Assembly (NCBI GenBank): GCA_963795085.1
Contig: CAWCFX010000001.1
Coordinates: forward strand, 224,001-288,000
Source: an uncultured Gemmatimonadales bacterium
Lineage (GTDB): Bacteria > Gemmatimonadota > Gemmatimonadetes > Gemmatimonadales > GWC2-71-9
DNA length: 64,000 nt
Direction: 5' to 3'
Numbering within the stretch: position 1 is the first letter of the stretch; each line of letters begins with the position of its first letter. Position numbers and translations under genes: made by a program. The notes beneath the pieces were generated by a model. It did not search any database, was not told the DNA's origin, and saw nothing but the letters and a program-made list of their open reading frames with translations. This document shows positions 20,328-28,837 of the stretch, piece after piece.

Positions 20328-20735
20328 ATGAATCGCAAGGGTTTCACTCTGATCGAGCTTCTGATCGTCGTGGTCATCATCGGCATCCTGGCCGCGATCG
20401 CGATCCCGAAGTTCGCCAATACCAAGCAGAAGGCGATCGTCGCTTCCATGAAGACGGACCTCAAGAACCTGGTCACCGCTCAGGAAGCCTACTTCTCGGA
20501 CAACAACGCGTACGCCCCGGCAGCGGGTGCGGCGCAGGCGGCGGGCGTGGTGGCCTTCCAGCCGACCACGGGTAACGCACTGGTGCTCTCCAACGCCAGC
20601 GCGACGGGCTTCACCGGTGTCATGACCAACCCGGCCGTGACCTCGACCCCGAGCACCTGCGGCGTCTTCGTTGGACCGGCTGGTAACGCCCCCAACGCGG
20701 CCGTGACTCAGGAAGGTGCCCCGGCCTGCTGGTAA
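20328..20735 (+). CDS. pilA: Type IVa major pilin
   Basis: MNRKG|FTLIELLIVVVIIGILAAIAIPKF; C-terminal Cys pair; GGAGG RBS, own promoter and terminator. Confidence 0.88.
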   Translation: MNRKGFTLIELLIVVVIIGILAAIAIPKFANTKQKAIVASMKTDLKNLVTAQEAYFSDNNAYAPAAGAAQAAGVVAFQPTTGNALVLSNASATGFTGVMTNPAVTSTPSTCGVFVGPAGNAPNAAVTQEGAPACW

Positions 20736-20750
20736 CCCCAGGACGGTAGC

Positions 20751-20790
20751 AAAGGGCGGCGGGAGTTTCCCGCCGCCCTTTTGCTTTTTC
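20751..20790 (+). terminator. Intrinsic terminator after pilin
   Basis: AAAGGGCGGCGGGA-gtt-TCCCGCCGCCCTTTT followed by T-rich sequence. Confidence 0.88.
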
Positions 20791-20974
20791 TGGCTCCGGA
20801 CTTGCCACTACTAATAATCAGGCAGGAACGGTGGTCCGATTTCAGGCCGAATAATCCAGCCGTTCCCGCTCCCGGTGACAACCCGAACTACGAGGCTAAC
20901 TCGCGCTCTCCCCGCAACTTCCGCGGTGTGGGTGCGATCATTGGCCCCCTCTTCCACCCTGGCCTGGCCGGCAT

Positions 20975-22243
20975 ATGCACCTGCTCTCGCTGACTGATGA
21001 TAGTGCGCTTCGCGAGGAATTGCGCGGGACGCTGGGCGACGAAGCATGCGAGTTCCGGAGCCCCTCCGCGTCGGCCCAGGAGCTGGAGCAGGCCATCATC
21101 CGGAGCCCCGAGGCCATCCTGCTCGATCTCGCCGGGGCGGCCGAAGCGGGAACCGCATTTTTACGGTCCTTTGCCGAGCGGGGCGAAAACATCCCGGTCC
21201 TGGTCATCTGCGGCGCCGATCAGCGCGAGGCCGGTCTCCGGGCGCTCAAGTCCGGCGCGGCCGATTACCTGATGCGGCCGGTGTCCATGGATGAGCTGGG
21301 CGCTCGGCTGGCCCGCGCCCAGGAGGCCGCCCATCTGCGCCGGGAAACCGCGGCGCTCCGGGTCTCGCTGGAGCGCAATTCCGCCCGTACGGCGTTCGTG
21401 GCGGAGAGCGAGATCATGGTGGGGATCCGGGATTCCGTCGCCGCGCTGGCCGGCGGCCACGAGCCGCTCCTCATGGTCGGCGAGCGGGGGACCGGGAAGA
21501 AGACCCTGGCCGAGTTCATCCACCGGCTCGACGGCCACCGGCGCACCCCGCCCGGCATTCTGTCCTGCCATGCCCTCGGTTCGGGACTGCTCGACTCCGC
21601 CGCCTGGCAGGCGGCGCGCGACTCCGGCACCGCCATTCTCGAAGGCATCGAGAACCTCCCCCGCCCCGAGCAGGAGCGGTTGGCCGCGAGCCTGGGGACC
21701 AACGGCGCGAAACGTCCCGTGCGGGTCATCGCGATCGCCCGTACCCACCTGGACGACCCGGACCAGCGGGGCACCGTGTCTCCCCAGTTGTTCGAGCGGT
21801 TCGCGTCCTCCATGTTCGTGCTGCCGCCGTTGCGGGAGCGCGCGCCGGACATCCCGGCGCTGCTCGCCCACTTCGCGCAGCGCACCGCGCAGCGCCTGGG
21901 CCGGCCGGTCAGCGTTTCACCCCGGGCCCTGGCCATGCTGGCGGTGTATTCCTGGCCGGGCAACGTGGCCGAACTGGAGAGCGCCGTGGAACGGGCCGCC
22001 CTGCTGGGCGGCAGCGGCCGGCTGGAATACGCCGATTTCGGCTTGGTGCCGGGTCTCGCCAGCCCGGGCGAAACACCAGGCGGCGCCCTGGAACTCAAGC
22101 CCCAGGTCGAGGCCTTCGAGCGCCAGGTGATCCTCCAGGCCCTCTCCGCCGCCAAGGGAAACCGGCAGGCGGCCGCTCGGCTCCTGGGCATCAGTCTCCG
22201 GACCCTCTTCTACAAGATCAAGAGGTATGGGGTGGAGGGTTGA
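20975..22243 (+). CDS. Degenerate NtrC-like regulator (REC-AAA+-Fis HTH) lacking the GAFTGA loop
   Basis: GERGTGKK, LPPLRER, YSWPGNVAELE, AARLLGISLRTLFYKIKRYG; ESELFG/GAFTGA segment absent. Confidence 0.8.
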   Translation: MHLLSLTDDSALREELRGTLGDEACEFRSPSASAQELEQAIIRSPEAILLDLAGAAEAGTAFLRSFAERGENIPVLVICGADQREAGLRALKSGAADYLMRPVSMDELGARLARAQEAAHLRRETAALRVSLERNSARTAFVAESEIMVGIRDSVAALAGGHEPLLMVGERGTGKKTLAEFIHRLDGHRRTPPGILSCHALGSGLLDSAAWQAARDSGTAILEGIENLPRPEQERLAASLGTNGAKRPVRVIAIARTHLDDPDQRGTVSPQLFERFASSMFVLPPLRERAPDIPALLAHFAQRTAQRLGRPVSVSPRALAMLAVYSWPGNVAELESAVERAALLGGSGRLEYADFGLVPGLASPGETPGGALELKPQVEAFERQVILQALSAAKGNRQAAARLLGISLRTLFYKIKRYGVEG

Positions 22244-22247
22244 GGTT

Positions 22248-22960
22248 GGCTGGCGTTACTTGGATTTGAGTCTGCCCGAACCAACAAAGCACGAAAAGAA
22301 ACACAAAAGAAGAAACTTTCCTCGTAGTAACTTCATCTTCCCAAGACTTTTGGTTGTTCTGTCTTCTCGTTTCGTGATTTGTGGTCCGGCGGTTCTGGCT
22401 GGCGTCACTCTGATTTGAGCCTGCCCGAGCACGAAAGCACGAAGGACAAATAGAAACAGCAAAAAAGACTATCGCGTGTGATAGTCTTTCCTTTTTTCTG
22501 CTATTTGGTCGTTTGGTCGTTTGGTCGTTTGGCTGTTGGCTCGCGTCACTTGGATTTGAGCCTGCCCGGAACTACAAAGCACGAAAAAAACAAACAAAGA
22601 AGAAACTCTCCTCGTCTTGGCTTCGCTCCCAAGGCGTTGATTCTTCTTGTTTCTTCCTTTCGTGATTTGTTGTCCGGCAGTTGGTGCTGGCGTCACTCAG
22701 ATTCGAGCCTGCCCGGGACAACAAAGCACGAAAAATACAAAAAGAATAAATCTCCTCGTCGTAACTTTATCCTCCCAAGACGTTGCTTTTCCTGTTTTTC
22801 TTTATTTCGTGATTTGTTGTCCGGCGGTTTTGGCTGGCTCTTCGGCTGTTCGGCGGTTCGGCCTTTGTCAATCGGATTTGAGCCTGCCCGGACCAACAAA
22901 GCACGAAAGAACAAAAATAAAGCTTTTCTTTTCTGTCATTTCGTCGTTTGGCTGTTAACG
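22248..22960. repeat. AT-rich tandem array of five ~141-175 bp hairpin-forming units
   Basis: Core GATTYGAGYCTGCCCG...AAAGCACGAA at 22263, 22412, 22553, 22700, 22875; complementary arm TTTCGTGATTTGT(T/G)GTCCGGC in units 1, 3 and 4. Confidence 0.92.
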
Positions 22961-22979
22961 CTGTTTTGGATTCCTTTTT

Positions 22980-24140
22980 CTATTGGCAGCCATTCACCCC
23001 CGGATTTCGATCCCTCGGATCCCGGCCCGGCAGCGTCCCGTCCAGCCGCAGCGCGTAGCTGTCCTGCACGTTGTTCCCCTCATAGCGAATGGACTGCAGG
23101 ATCATCGCGGCGCGGGTCCTGGTGCTGTTCAGGCTGTACCAGTTGTTGGTGGACTCGGTATAGACCGGCCCGCAGCGTACCAGCTGGACCGCGATCCCCT
23201 TCTCATAGACCACGCCGAGCATATGCTCGCCGCGGGGATGCATCCCGTTTTCGTCGAAGAAGACGGCCTTCACCTGGGTGGCCGTCCCACTGGCCCGTAC
23301 CGAGAACTTCCGCCCGGCCCAGGCCACGTTCCCGTTGAGGCTCACCGGGTTCGGGTCGCCCAGGGTGTTGTAGTCCACCCGCTTCGGGCCGGCGGAATCC
23401 CAGGCGATCTCGGTGGGCAGGGCCACCAGCGCCTTCCAGTCGTAGAGCGCGGGGCCGGCCGGCGCCAGCAGGGTGAAGACCGCCTGGGCCAGGATCTCGT
23501 GCGGCTTGCGGGTGGAGACCGGCGCCTGGGCTGCGCCGGCCGCGCATTGCGTGCTGTAGAGCGCCAGCTGGTTCGGCTGCAGTGCCGGGAGCTCCTCGCC
23601 GTGGGATAGGACATAGCCTTCATTGGGACGGCCCGGGCGGCCGGCCTGGATGGACAGGAAGCCGGGCGACAGGTTGGCCCCCCTGAGCCGGTACCAGCTG
23701 GTGCTGCCCGCGCCGCCCCGGATCGGGCACCGGGCCAGTTCGGCGCCCAGGCCGGCCTGCTTCAGCGCCGCCACCACCGGCGCCTCGCCGATCGGCGCCC
23801 CGGTGTTCCGGAAAAAGATGTTGAGGACCATGGTCCGGGCCCCGGTCGCCATCACCGTGAAGCTCCGGCCGCCGACCGTCGCGGTGCCGGTCCGGGTGAA
23901 ACACCCGCCATCGGGGAGGCAGCTCTGCAGCGCTGCCACCGGCAGCGGCGCCCAGCGGATGGCCGGGAGTTTCTCGAGCCCGTCCCAGTCGGCGGGAAGA
24001 CTCATCGCGAGGTAAGCCCTGGCGATACCGGCCAACTCACTCTCCGGCGTAGGGCCGGCGTGGAAGGCGGAGAGCCCGATCGCGGCAGCGGCGGCGGCGA
24101 TTGCCCCGATGGCAAACCTGGTTCGCATGGCTGTTCTCAC
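22980..24140 (-). CDS. Exported hypothetical protein with an internally duplicated domain
   Basis: Signal peptide; the two halves align (GGRSFTVMATG/AGRKFSVRASG; ELARC..WYRL/QLVRC..WYSL). Confidence 0.75.
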   Translation of the reverse strand: MRTAMRTRFAIGAIAAAAAAIGLSAFHAGPTPESELAGIARAYLAMSLPADWDGLEKLPAIRWAPLPVAALQSCLPDGGCFTRTGTATVGGRSFTVMATGARTMVLNIFFRNTGAPIGEAPVVAALKQAGLGAELARCPIRGGAGSTSWYRLRGANLSPGFLSIQAGRPGRPNEGYVLSHGEELPALQPNQLALYSTQCAAGAAQAPVSTRKPHEILAQAVFTLLAPAGPALYDWKALVALPTEIAWDSAGPKRVDYNTLGDPNPVSLNGNVAWAGRKFSVRASGTATQVKAVFFDENGMHPRGEHMLGVVYEKGIAVQLVRCGPVYTESTNNWYSLNSTRTRAAMILQSIRYEGNNVQDSYALRLDGTLPGRDPRDRNPGVNGCQ

Positions 24141-24167
24141 GTAAGGGTTTATCGTCTGCCCGCCGCT

Positions 24168-24605
24168 TCAGTCTTTCAGCAGGTATTTGAACTCCCACGC
24201 ACACCCTTCCTCCCGAAGCAGCCGCGCCGAACACTCCACCCGGAGCGTGGCGCCGCCGGGAACCGTGAAGCTGCCGCGATGGGTGCCCTGGAAGGGGATC
24301 TTCACGTCCTGGCCGTTCACCACCCCTCCCTGGCCGTCCCGGACCCAGACCCGGGCGCTGTCGGCGCCGAGGGTGTCCCGGCCCATGCAGCTGTTGCGGA
24401 CGCGGACGTGGAGTTCCTTGTCCCGCCTGGTGTGGTTGGCGTACACGTCCTCGGTACGGCCGCACTGGGTCACGTCCCCCTCAGTCACCAGGGCGGAGGC
24501 TCCCTCAGCGCCCGTCCCGGCTTCCGGCCGGTCGTCATCCTCCTGGCAGGCGGCGAGGAGGAGCAGGAGAAGGAGCGCGGGGCGGCAGGACAGAAGGCGG
24601 AACAT
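24168..24605 (-). CDS. Hypothetical lipoprotein
   Basis: MFRLLSCRPALLLLLLLAAC lipobox. Confidence 0.7.
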   Translation of the reverse strand: MFRLLSCRPALLLLLLLAACQEDDDRPEAGTGAEGASALVTEGDVTQCGRTEDVYANHTRRDKELHVRVRNSCMGRDTLGADSARVWVRDGQGGVVNGQDVKIPFQGTHRGSFTVPGGATLRVECSARLLREEGCAWEFKYLLKD

Positions 24606-24716
24606 GGGACCATTATGCACGGGAGGCCGGGCGGGCGCCAGTTTGCCGAATCGAAGAGGCGCATCGCGCCGACTTACTACTCGCTCTCCTTTTCCATCCA
24701 CGGCCTTGGCGATAGA

Positions 24717-24870
24717 ATGGCCGAGGGCAGGCTTCAGCCTGTCCATGACGCCAGGGCCGGATTCAGCCTGGTCGAAATCCTGGCGTCCTCGCCGTCATTG
24801 CGATGCTGGCCAGCGGCGTGACGCCGATGGTGTTTCGCAAGCTGGGCAATGCACAGGTGCGTCACGCGGG
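24717..24870 (+). pseudogene. Frameshifted, truncated prepilin-type gene
   Basis: ARAG|FSLVEIL, then a 1-nt shortfall at ~24783-24784, continuing VLAVIAMLASGVTPMVFRKL in another frame; 3' end approximate. Confidence 0.7.
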
Positions 24871-25082
24871 ACCTGTTCGCACTCACCTGCCTCGGCTGTC
24901 CAATACCATGGCCAGTTTCCGGCACAGAAACCCGCTTCTCTGTCCTCTCCAGCGGACACCGGCACCCGACCTTCGGCATCCTCCACTGACCCCACGCACC
25001 CCGGATCCCCCGGTTCCGCGTCACTCCCCGAACACTTCAGCTTCGGACCTGATCACCCCGACGCGGACCCTGACCACCACTC

Positions 25083-25460
25083 GTCCGGGTACTTCCCGGG
25101 ACCGGTCCGCCACTTACCACTGCTTCGGCGAGTACCTACCCGCGTGGGGCGGCCGCTGTTCAACGTCGGTCCAGTACTTACCGAGGCTGGTCGGGCACTT
25201 TCCTGCGCTGGTCAGAGGCTGCTCAAGGCAGGTCCAGTACTCTCCCCCGTCCACCCAGCACTTCACCTTCTCCGGCAACTACTTACCCCGGCTCGGCGAG
25301 TACTTGCCGCCCGCCGTCCGGCACCTGGGCGGGGCTCGTGCGGCTCTTACCAGGCGCTCGTCCGGCTCCTGGCAGGCGCACGTCCGGCTCTTGCCAGGCC
25401 TCGTCGGTCGCTGCCCCCGGTCGCGCCAGGGCCGTGGCCGCACCGGCCGGCACTGACCAG
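25083..25460. repeat. Degenerate 21(-22)-bp period tandem array, about 18 units
   Basis: YACYY core recurs at 25090, 25111, 25133, 25175, 25196, 25238, 25259, 25280, 25301, 25322; CTCYT variant at 25344, 25366, 25388. Confidence 0.8.
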
Positions 25461-25724
25461 CGTCGGGCAACCACGAACCACCTCTCGTCATCCACCTCAC
25501 TTCGTTGGTACAGCTCTGGTCTTCGCTCGTCCCGGACTTGTCCACGTCCCGCAGGGGCTCGATGAGCACGCGGAAACGCTGGCATGCCGTCTGCCCACTG
25601 TCCCCTCCGACCGCAGCGTCGTCGAGCGTGCGCGGACACTGCGGTCCTTCGCTGCACGTACATGCGGGACCCGGGCGCGGCTCGACCCCCCGCGGTCTCA
25701 ACAAGGCAGTTGATTGGAGGTGGT

Positions 25725-26408
25725 ATGAACACCGCGACGCGGGTGACGCTGGCGATGGCCATGCGGGTGCGCGAGCTGCTGGTCGCCAACCCGTTCGGCT
25801 ACCCGGCGGGCGACGACGTCATCGCCCGGCTGGTCATCAAGGTAGGGAGAGCGGAGGCGCTGCTCACGCAGCAGGAATCCGGCATGCAGGCCTCGCGCAG
25901 GAGCACGCTGTACCGCCGGGAGTTGCGCCGGGCGATCACGCGGGTCACGCTGAGGCACCTGGTCAGGATCGCCCGGCCGCTGGCACTGACTCATCCCGGC
26001 GTGGCCGGCGGGATCCGGCAGCCGGCGCTCGGCCGGAGCGAGGAGTCTTTCCTGGCCCGGGTCCAGACGATCGTGCAGGACGTCGAGGCCAACCGGGAAC
26101 TGTTCCTCCTGGTCGGGCTGTCGGATGCGGCGCTCGCCGAGCTGAAGCAGCAGCTCGCGAGCTACCGGCAGTCGATGAAGGATGCCTATGGCGGCCGGCG
26201 CGCGCATACCGGCGCCCAGGCCGAGCTGCGGTCGCTCTCCCGGGAGCTGGTGCTGATGGTGCAGCAGCTGGACGGGATCGTGGGCTACCAGTTCCAGGAC
26301 CGGCCCGAACTGCTGGGCGCGTGGAAGAGTGCGCGGAACGTGGCCTGGCCGGTGTCGAAGCCGGCGGTGCCGGAGGCCGGGCTCAAGCTGGAGAAACCGG
26401 CGGCATGA
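25725..26408 (+). CDS. Hypothetical predicted all-helical, Arg-rich cytoplasmic protein (227 aa)
   Basis: GGAGGT RBS at 25716-25721; MNTATRVTLAMAMRVRELL...LLGAWKSARNVAWP. Confidence 0.8.
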   Translation: MNTATRVTLAMAMRVRELLVANPFGYPAGDDVIARLVIKVGRAEALLTQQESGMQASRRSTLYRRELRRAITRVTLRHLVRIARPLALTHPGVAGGIRQPALGRSEESFLARVQTIVQDVEANRELFLLVGLSDAALAELKQQLASYRQSMKDAYGGRRAHTGAQAELRSLSRELVLMVQQLDGIVGYQFQDRPELLGAWKSARNVAWPVSKPAVPEAGLKLEKPAA

Positions 26409-26533
26409 AGGGGGACAACGGAGGCAGGGTGGAATAGGGGGGCAGGCACCGCTGGGGTCCTCCGGGGGAGCCTGACCCCTTCCGTTCCCGCCGTCCCCCG
26501 CTATTCTAGGAAACCTCCTTCCTGGAGTTCTCC

Positions 26534-27625
26534 GTGTTCCGACCGGCGATCCCCGGCGCCTTCGTGATCGGCGCGCTCACCGCCAGCATCGGCCTCGTTC
26601 ACGCCCAGTCGAGCGCACCCGCGCCACTCCGGGTGCAACGCGCCGAAATCATGGACCGCCGCGGCTTCGAGCGGCCCATGGTGGCCTACACGCTGTTCGT
26701 GCCGGCGGGGTGGCGCGGGGAAGGCGAGATCGAATACGCTCCGCCCGGCGGCTGCGGCCCGGACCAGCGGATCAACTGGCGGGCGTCCGATCCCGCCGGC
26801 GTGGCCGCCATCCAGGTCGTCCCCGAGGAAAAGTGGTCGGCCAGTAATTTTCAGCAGCCGGACAACTGCCTCCACGCCCAGGTGGGCGACACCCGGTCCT
26901 ACCTGCAGTGGTGGGTCCAGCGTAACCGGCCGGGCGCGCGGGTGCTGGACTACCGGCCCCGTCCCGATCTCGCGGAGCCCTTCAAGAAAATCGCCCAGTC
27001 GGGAAACGGGATCCGGAGCTGGGGCGACGCCGGTGAAATGCTCATTGCCTACCAGCACAATGGGCGCCCGGTCCGGGAGGCGATCTCCAGCGCCAATTTC
27101 TTCATCCACACCCAGATGTCGGGCATGGAGATGCTCCAGGGCGTGAGCGCGCCGGGCTTCGCCATGCGGATGCCGGAGGGCGCGCTGGACTTCAAGGCCG
27201 CCGAGGCGATCCGGCAATCCATCCGGTCGGCGCCGGAGTGGCAGGCCCGGATGAACCGGGTCATGGCCGAGCGCGGCCAGATCGCGATCGACCACAACCG
27301 CCGGATGGGCGAGATCAACCGGCAGGGCGCGGCGGACCGTTCCGCCATCATCGCCAACACCAGCCGGGAGATCAACGAGATCCAGATGGGCACCTGGCAG
27401 AGCCGCAACGAAAGCATGGACCGCCAGCAGCGCGAAACCATCGAAGGCATTCGGGGGGTGGAGACCTACACCGATCCGCACCACGGCGGCACCGTCCAGC
27501 TTTCCAACCAGTTCCAGCACGCCTGGCAGCTCCGGGACGGCAGCTACCTGCTGACCGACGATCCCAATTTCGATCCGGCGCGGACCCTGAACCTGCCGGG
27601 ACAGCGGCTGAAACCGGCCCCGTAA
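26534..27625 (+). CDS. Exported hypothetical protein
   Basis: GGAG RBS, signal peptide (..GLVHA|Q), coiled-coil C-terminal part ending IRGVETYTDP..G.VQL. Confidence 0.75.
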   Translation: MFRPAIPGAFVIGALTASIGLVHAQSSAPAPLRVQRAEIMDRRGFERPMVAYTLFVPAGWRGEGEIEYAPPGGCGPDQRINWRASDPAGVAAIQVVPEEKWSASNFQQPDNCLHAQVGDTRSYLQWWVQRNRPGARVLDYRPRPDLAEPFKKIAQSGNGIRSWGDAGEMLIAYQHNGRPVREAISSANFFIHTQMSGMEMLQGVSAPGFAMRMPEGALDFKAAEAIRQSIRSAPEWQARMNRVMAERGQIAIDHNRRMGEINRQGAADRSAIIANTSREINEIQMGTWQSRNESMDRQQRETIEGIRGVETYTDPHHGGTVQLSNQFQHAWQLRDGSYLLTDDPNFDPARTLNLPGQRLKPAP

Positions 27626-27699
27626 AGCGAGCCGGGGCATTTTCCGCTCCCGGCACACGTTCACCGCACGACCCTGCTCACTCTTTTGAAATGGCTCCC

Positions 27700-28302
27700 A
27701 TGCGCACATTCCTGCTTGCTTCACTTCTCGCCACGTCGGTGGCCGCCGGCGCCCACGCCCAGGACGGTTTCGGCAACCAGCCTCCCCGGCCCCAGCCGGC
27801 GCCCCAGCAGTCCGGGTACGGCCAGCAGCCGATGGGCCAGGGCGGCGGCGACGCCGCCGAGGGCCAGGACTTCGGCGTGGCACCGACGGCGCAACTGCAT
27901 ACCGGCGCGATGCACGGGCCGACGCCGACCACGATTCCCGGCGGTCTCGTCATCACCACCAGCGCCCTGACCGCCATGCTGGCCAACCAGCAGGCCCGTC
28001 CGCTGCTTCTCGACGTGCTCGGCGGCCCGGAGATCATCCCGGGTGCACTTGCTGCGGTTCCGGCGGCCCAGCCGGGGACGTTCTCCGACGATACCCAGAA
28101 GGGCTTCGGCCAGTTCCTGCAGCAGCAGACCCAGGGCAACATGCAGACCCCGATCGTGCTCTACTGCCTGAGCAACCAGTGCTGGATGTCGTACAACGCG
28201 GCGCTGCGGGCCATCAACATGGGCTACAAGAACGTCCTCTGGTATCGCGGCGGCATTGAAGCGTGGAAAGCCGGCGGCCAGCAGGTGCAGAAGCGGCAAT
28301 AG
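27700..28302 (+). CDS. Exported rhodanese-like protein (resembles the PQQ-catabolism-associated CXXCW family)
   Basis: Signal peptide; HGPTPTTIPGG; LYCLSNQCWMSYNAALRA..GY.NV.WYRGGIEAW. Confidence 0.8.
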   Translation: MRTFLLASLLATSVAAGAHAQDGFGNQPPRPQPAPQQSGYGQQPMGQGGGDAAEGQDFGVAPTAQLHTGAMHGPTPTTIPGGLVITTSALTAMLANQQARPLLLDVLGGPEIIPGALAAVPAAQPGTFSDDTQKGFGQFLQQQTQGNMQTPIVLYCLSNQCWMSYNAALRAINMGYKNVLWYRGGIEAWKAGGQQVQKRQ

Positions 28303-28486
28303 ACGGACGGTGCCCGGTCCCCGCCATCGGCGGGGATCCGGGACCACCGCGCCGGCTCGTCGTCCCCCATCCCTTCGCATTTTTCTACCCCACCCCTGCG
28401 TTCGTTTTTCTCCCCCGCCCCTGCCCGCGCGGTGTATGGTGTCGCCGGTGATGTTCGCTGGCTTTCACATCTCAGGGGAGTTCTCG

Positions 28487-28837
28487 ATGACCCGCCGGGG
28501 CAGTTCGCTGGTAGAAGTGCTGGTCGCCCTGACCATCCTGAGCGTCGGCGTGCTCGGGCTGGTGGGGACCAGCACCGCGGTGACCCGCATGCTGGGCCAG
28601 GGCCGCTGGTCCACGGTGACGATGAGCCATGCCGAAGAGCGGCTCGAGCTGCTCCGCGCTGCCGCCCCCGACTCGGCGGGGTGCCTGGCGCTGGCCGGCG
28701 GCTCCGCCACCCACGCCGGCGGTCTGCAGGAGACCTGGAGCGTGGTGCCCGGCGTCCGCTCGACCGCCATCGAAATCGTCCTGGCGAGGGGGCCGGCCGG
28801 GAGCGATACGCTCACCGCGGTGGTTCCATGCCTGTAA
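28487..28837 (+). CDS. Minor type IV pilin, PilV-like
   Basis: MTRRG|SSLVEVLVALTILSVGVLGL; GGAG RBS. Confidence 0.78.
   Translation: MTRRGSSLVEVLVALTILSVGVLGLVGTSTAVTRMLGQGRWSTVTMSHAEERLELLRAAAPDSAGCLALAGGSATHAGGLQETWSVVPGVRSTAIEIVLARGPAGSDTLTAVVPCL

Noticed and set aside
22248..22960. CRISPR array interpretation
   Set aside because: Repeats are not identical, the intervening parts are about 100 bp, resemble each other and are self-complementary, and there are no cas genes in the window
22248..22960. Integron attC cassette array
   Set aside because: No consistent paired RYYYAAC/GTTRRRY ends, no ORFs between units, and no integron integrase
22227..23338. Short Phe/Lys-rich ORFs over the AT-rich array
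   Set aside because: Products mirror the A-rich and T-rich hairpin arms, and frames are not kept between units
24803..25456. 217-aa ORF as a real heptad-repeat protein
   Set aside because: It joins the prepilin remnant to the array, and the 22-bp steps shift the repeat out of frame; translation cannot be fully excluded
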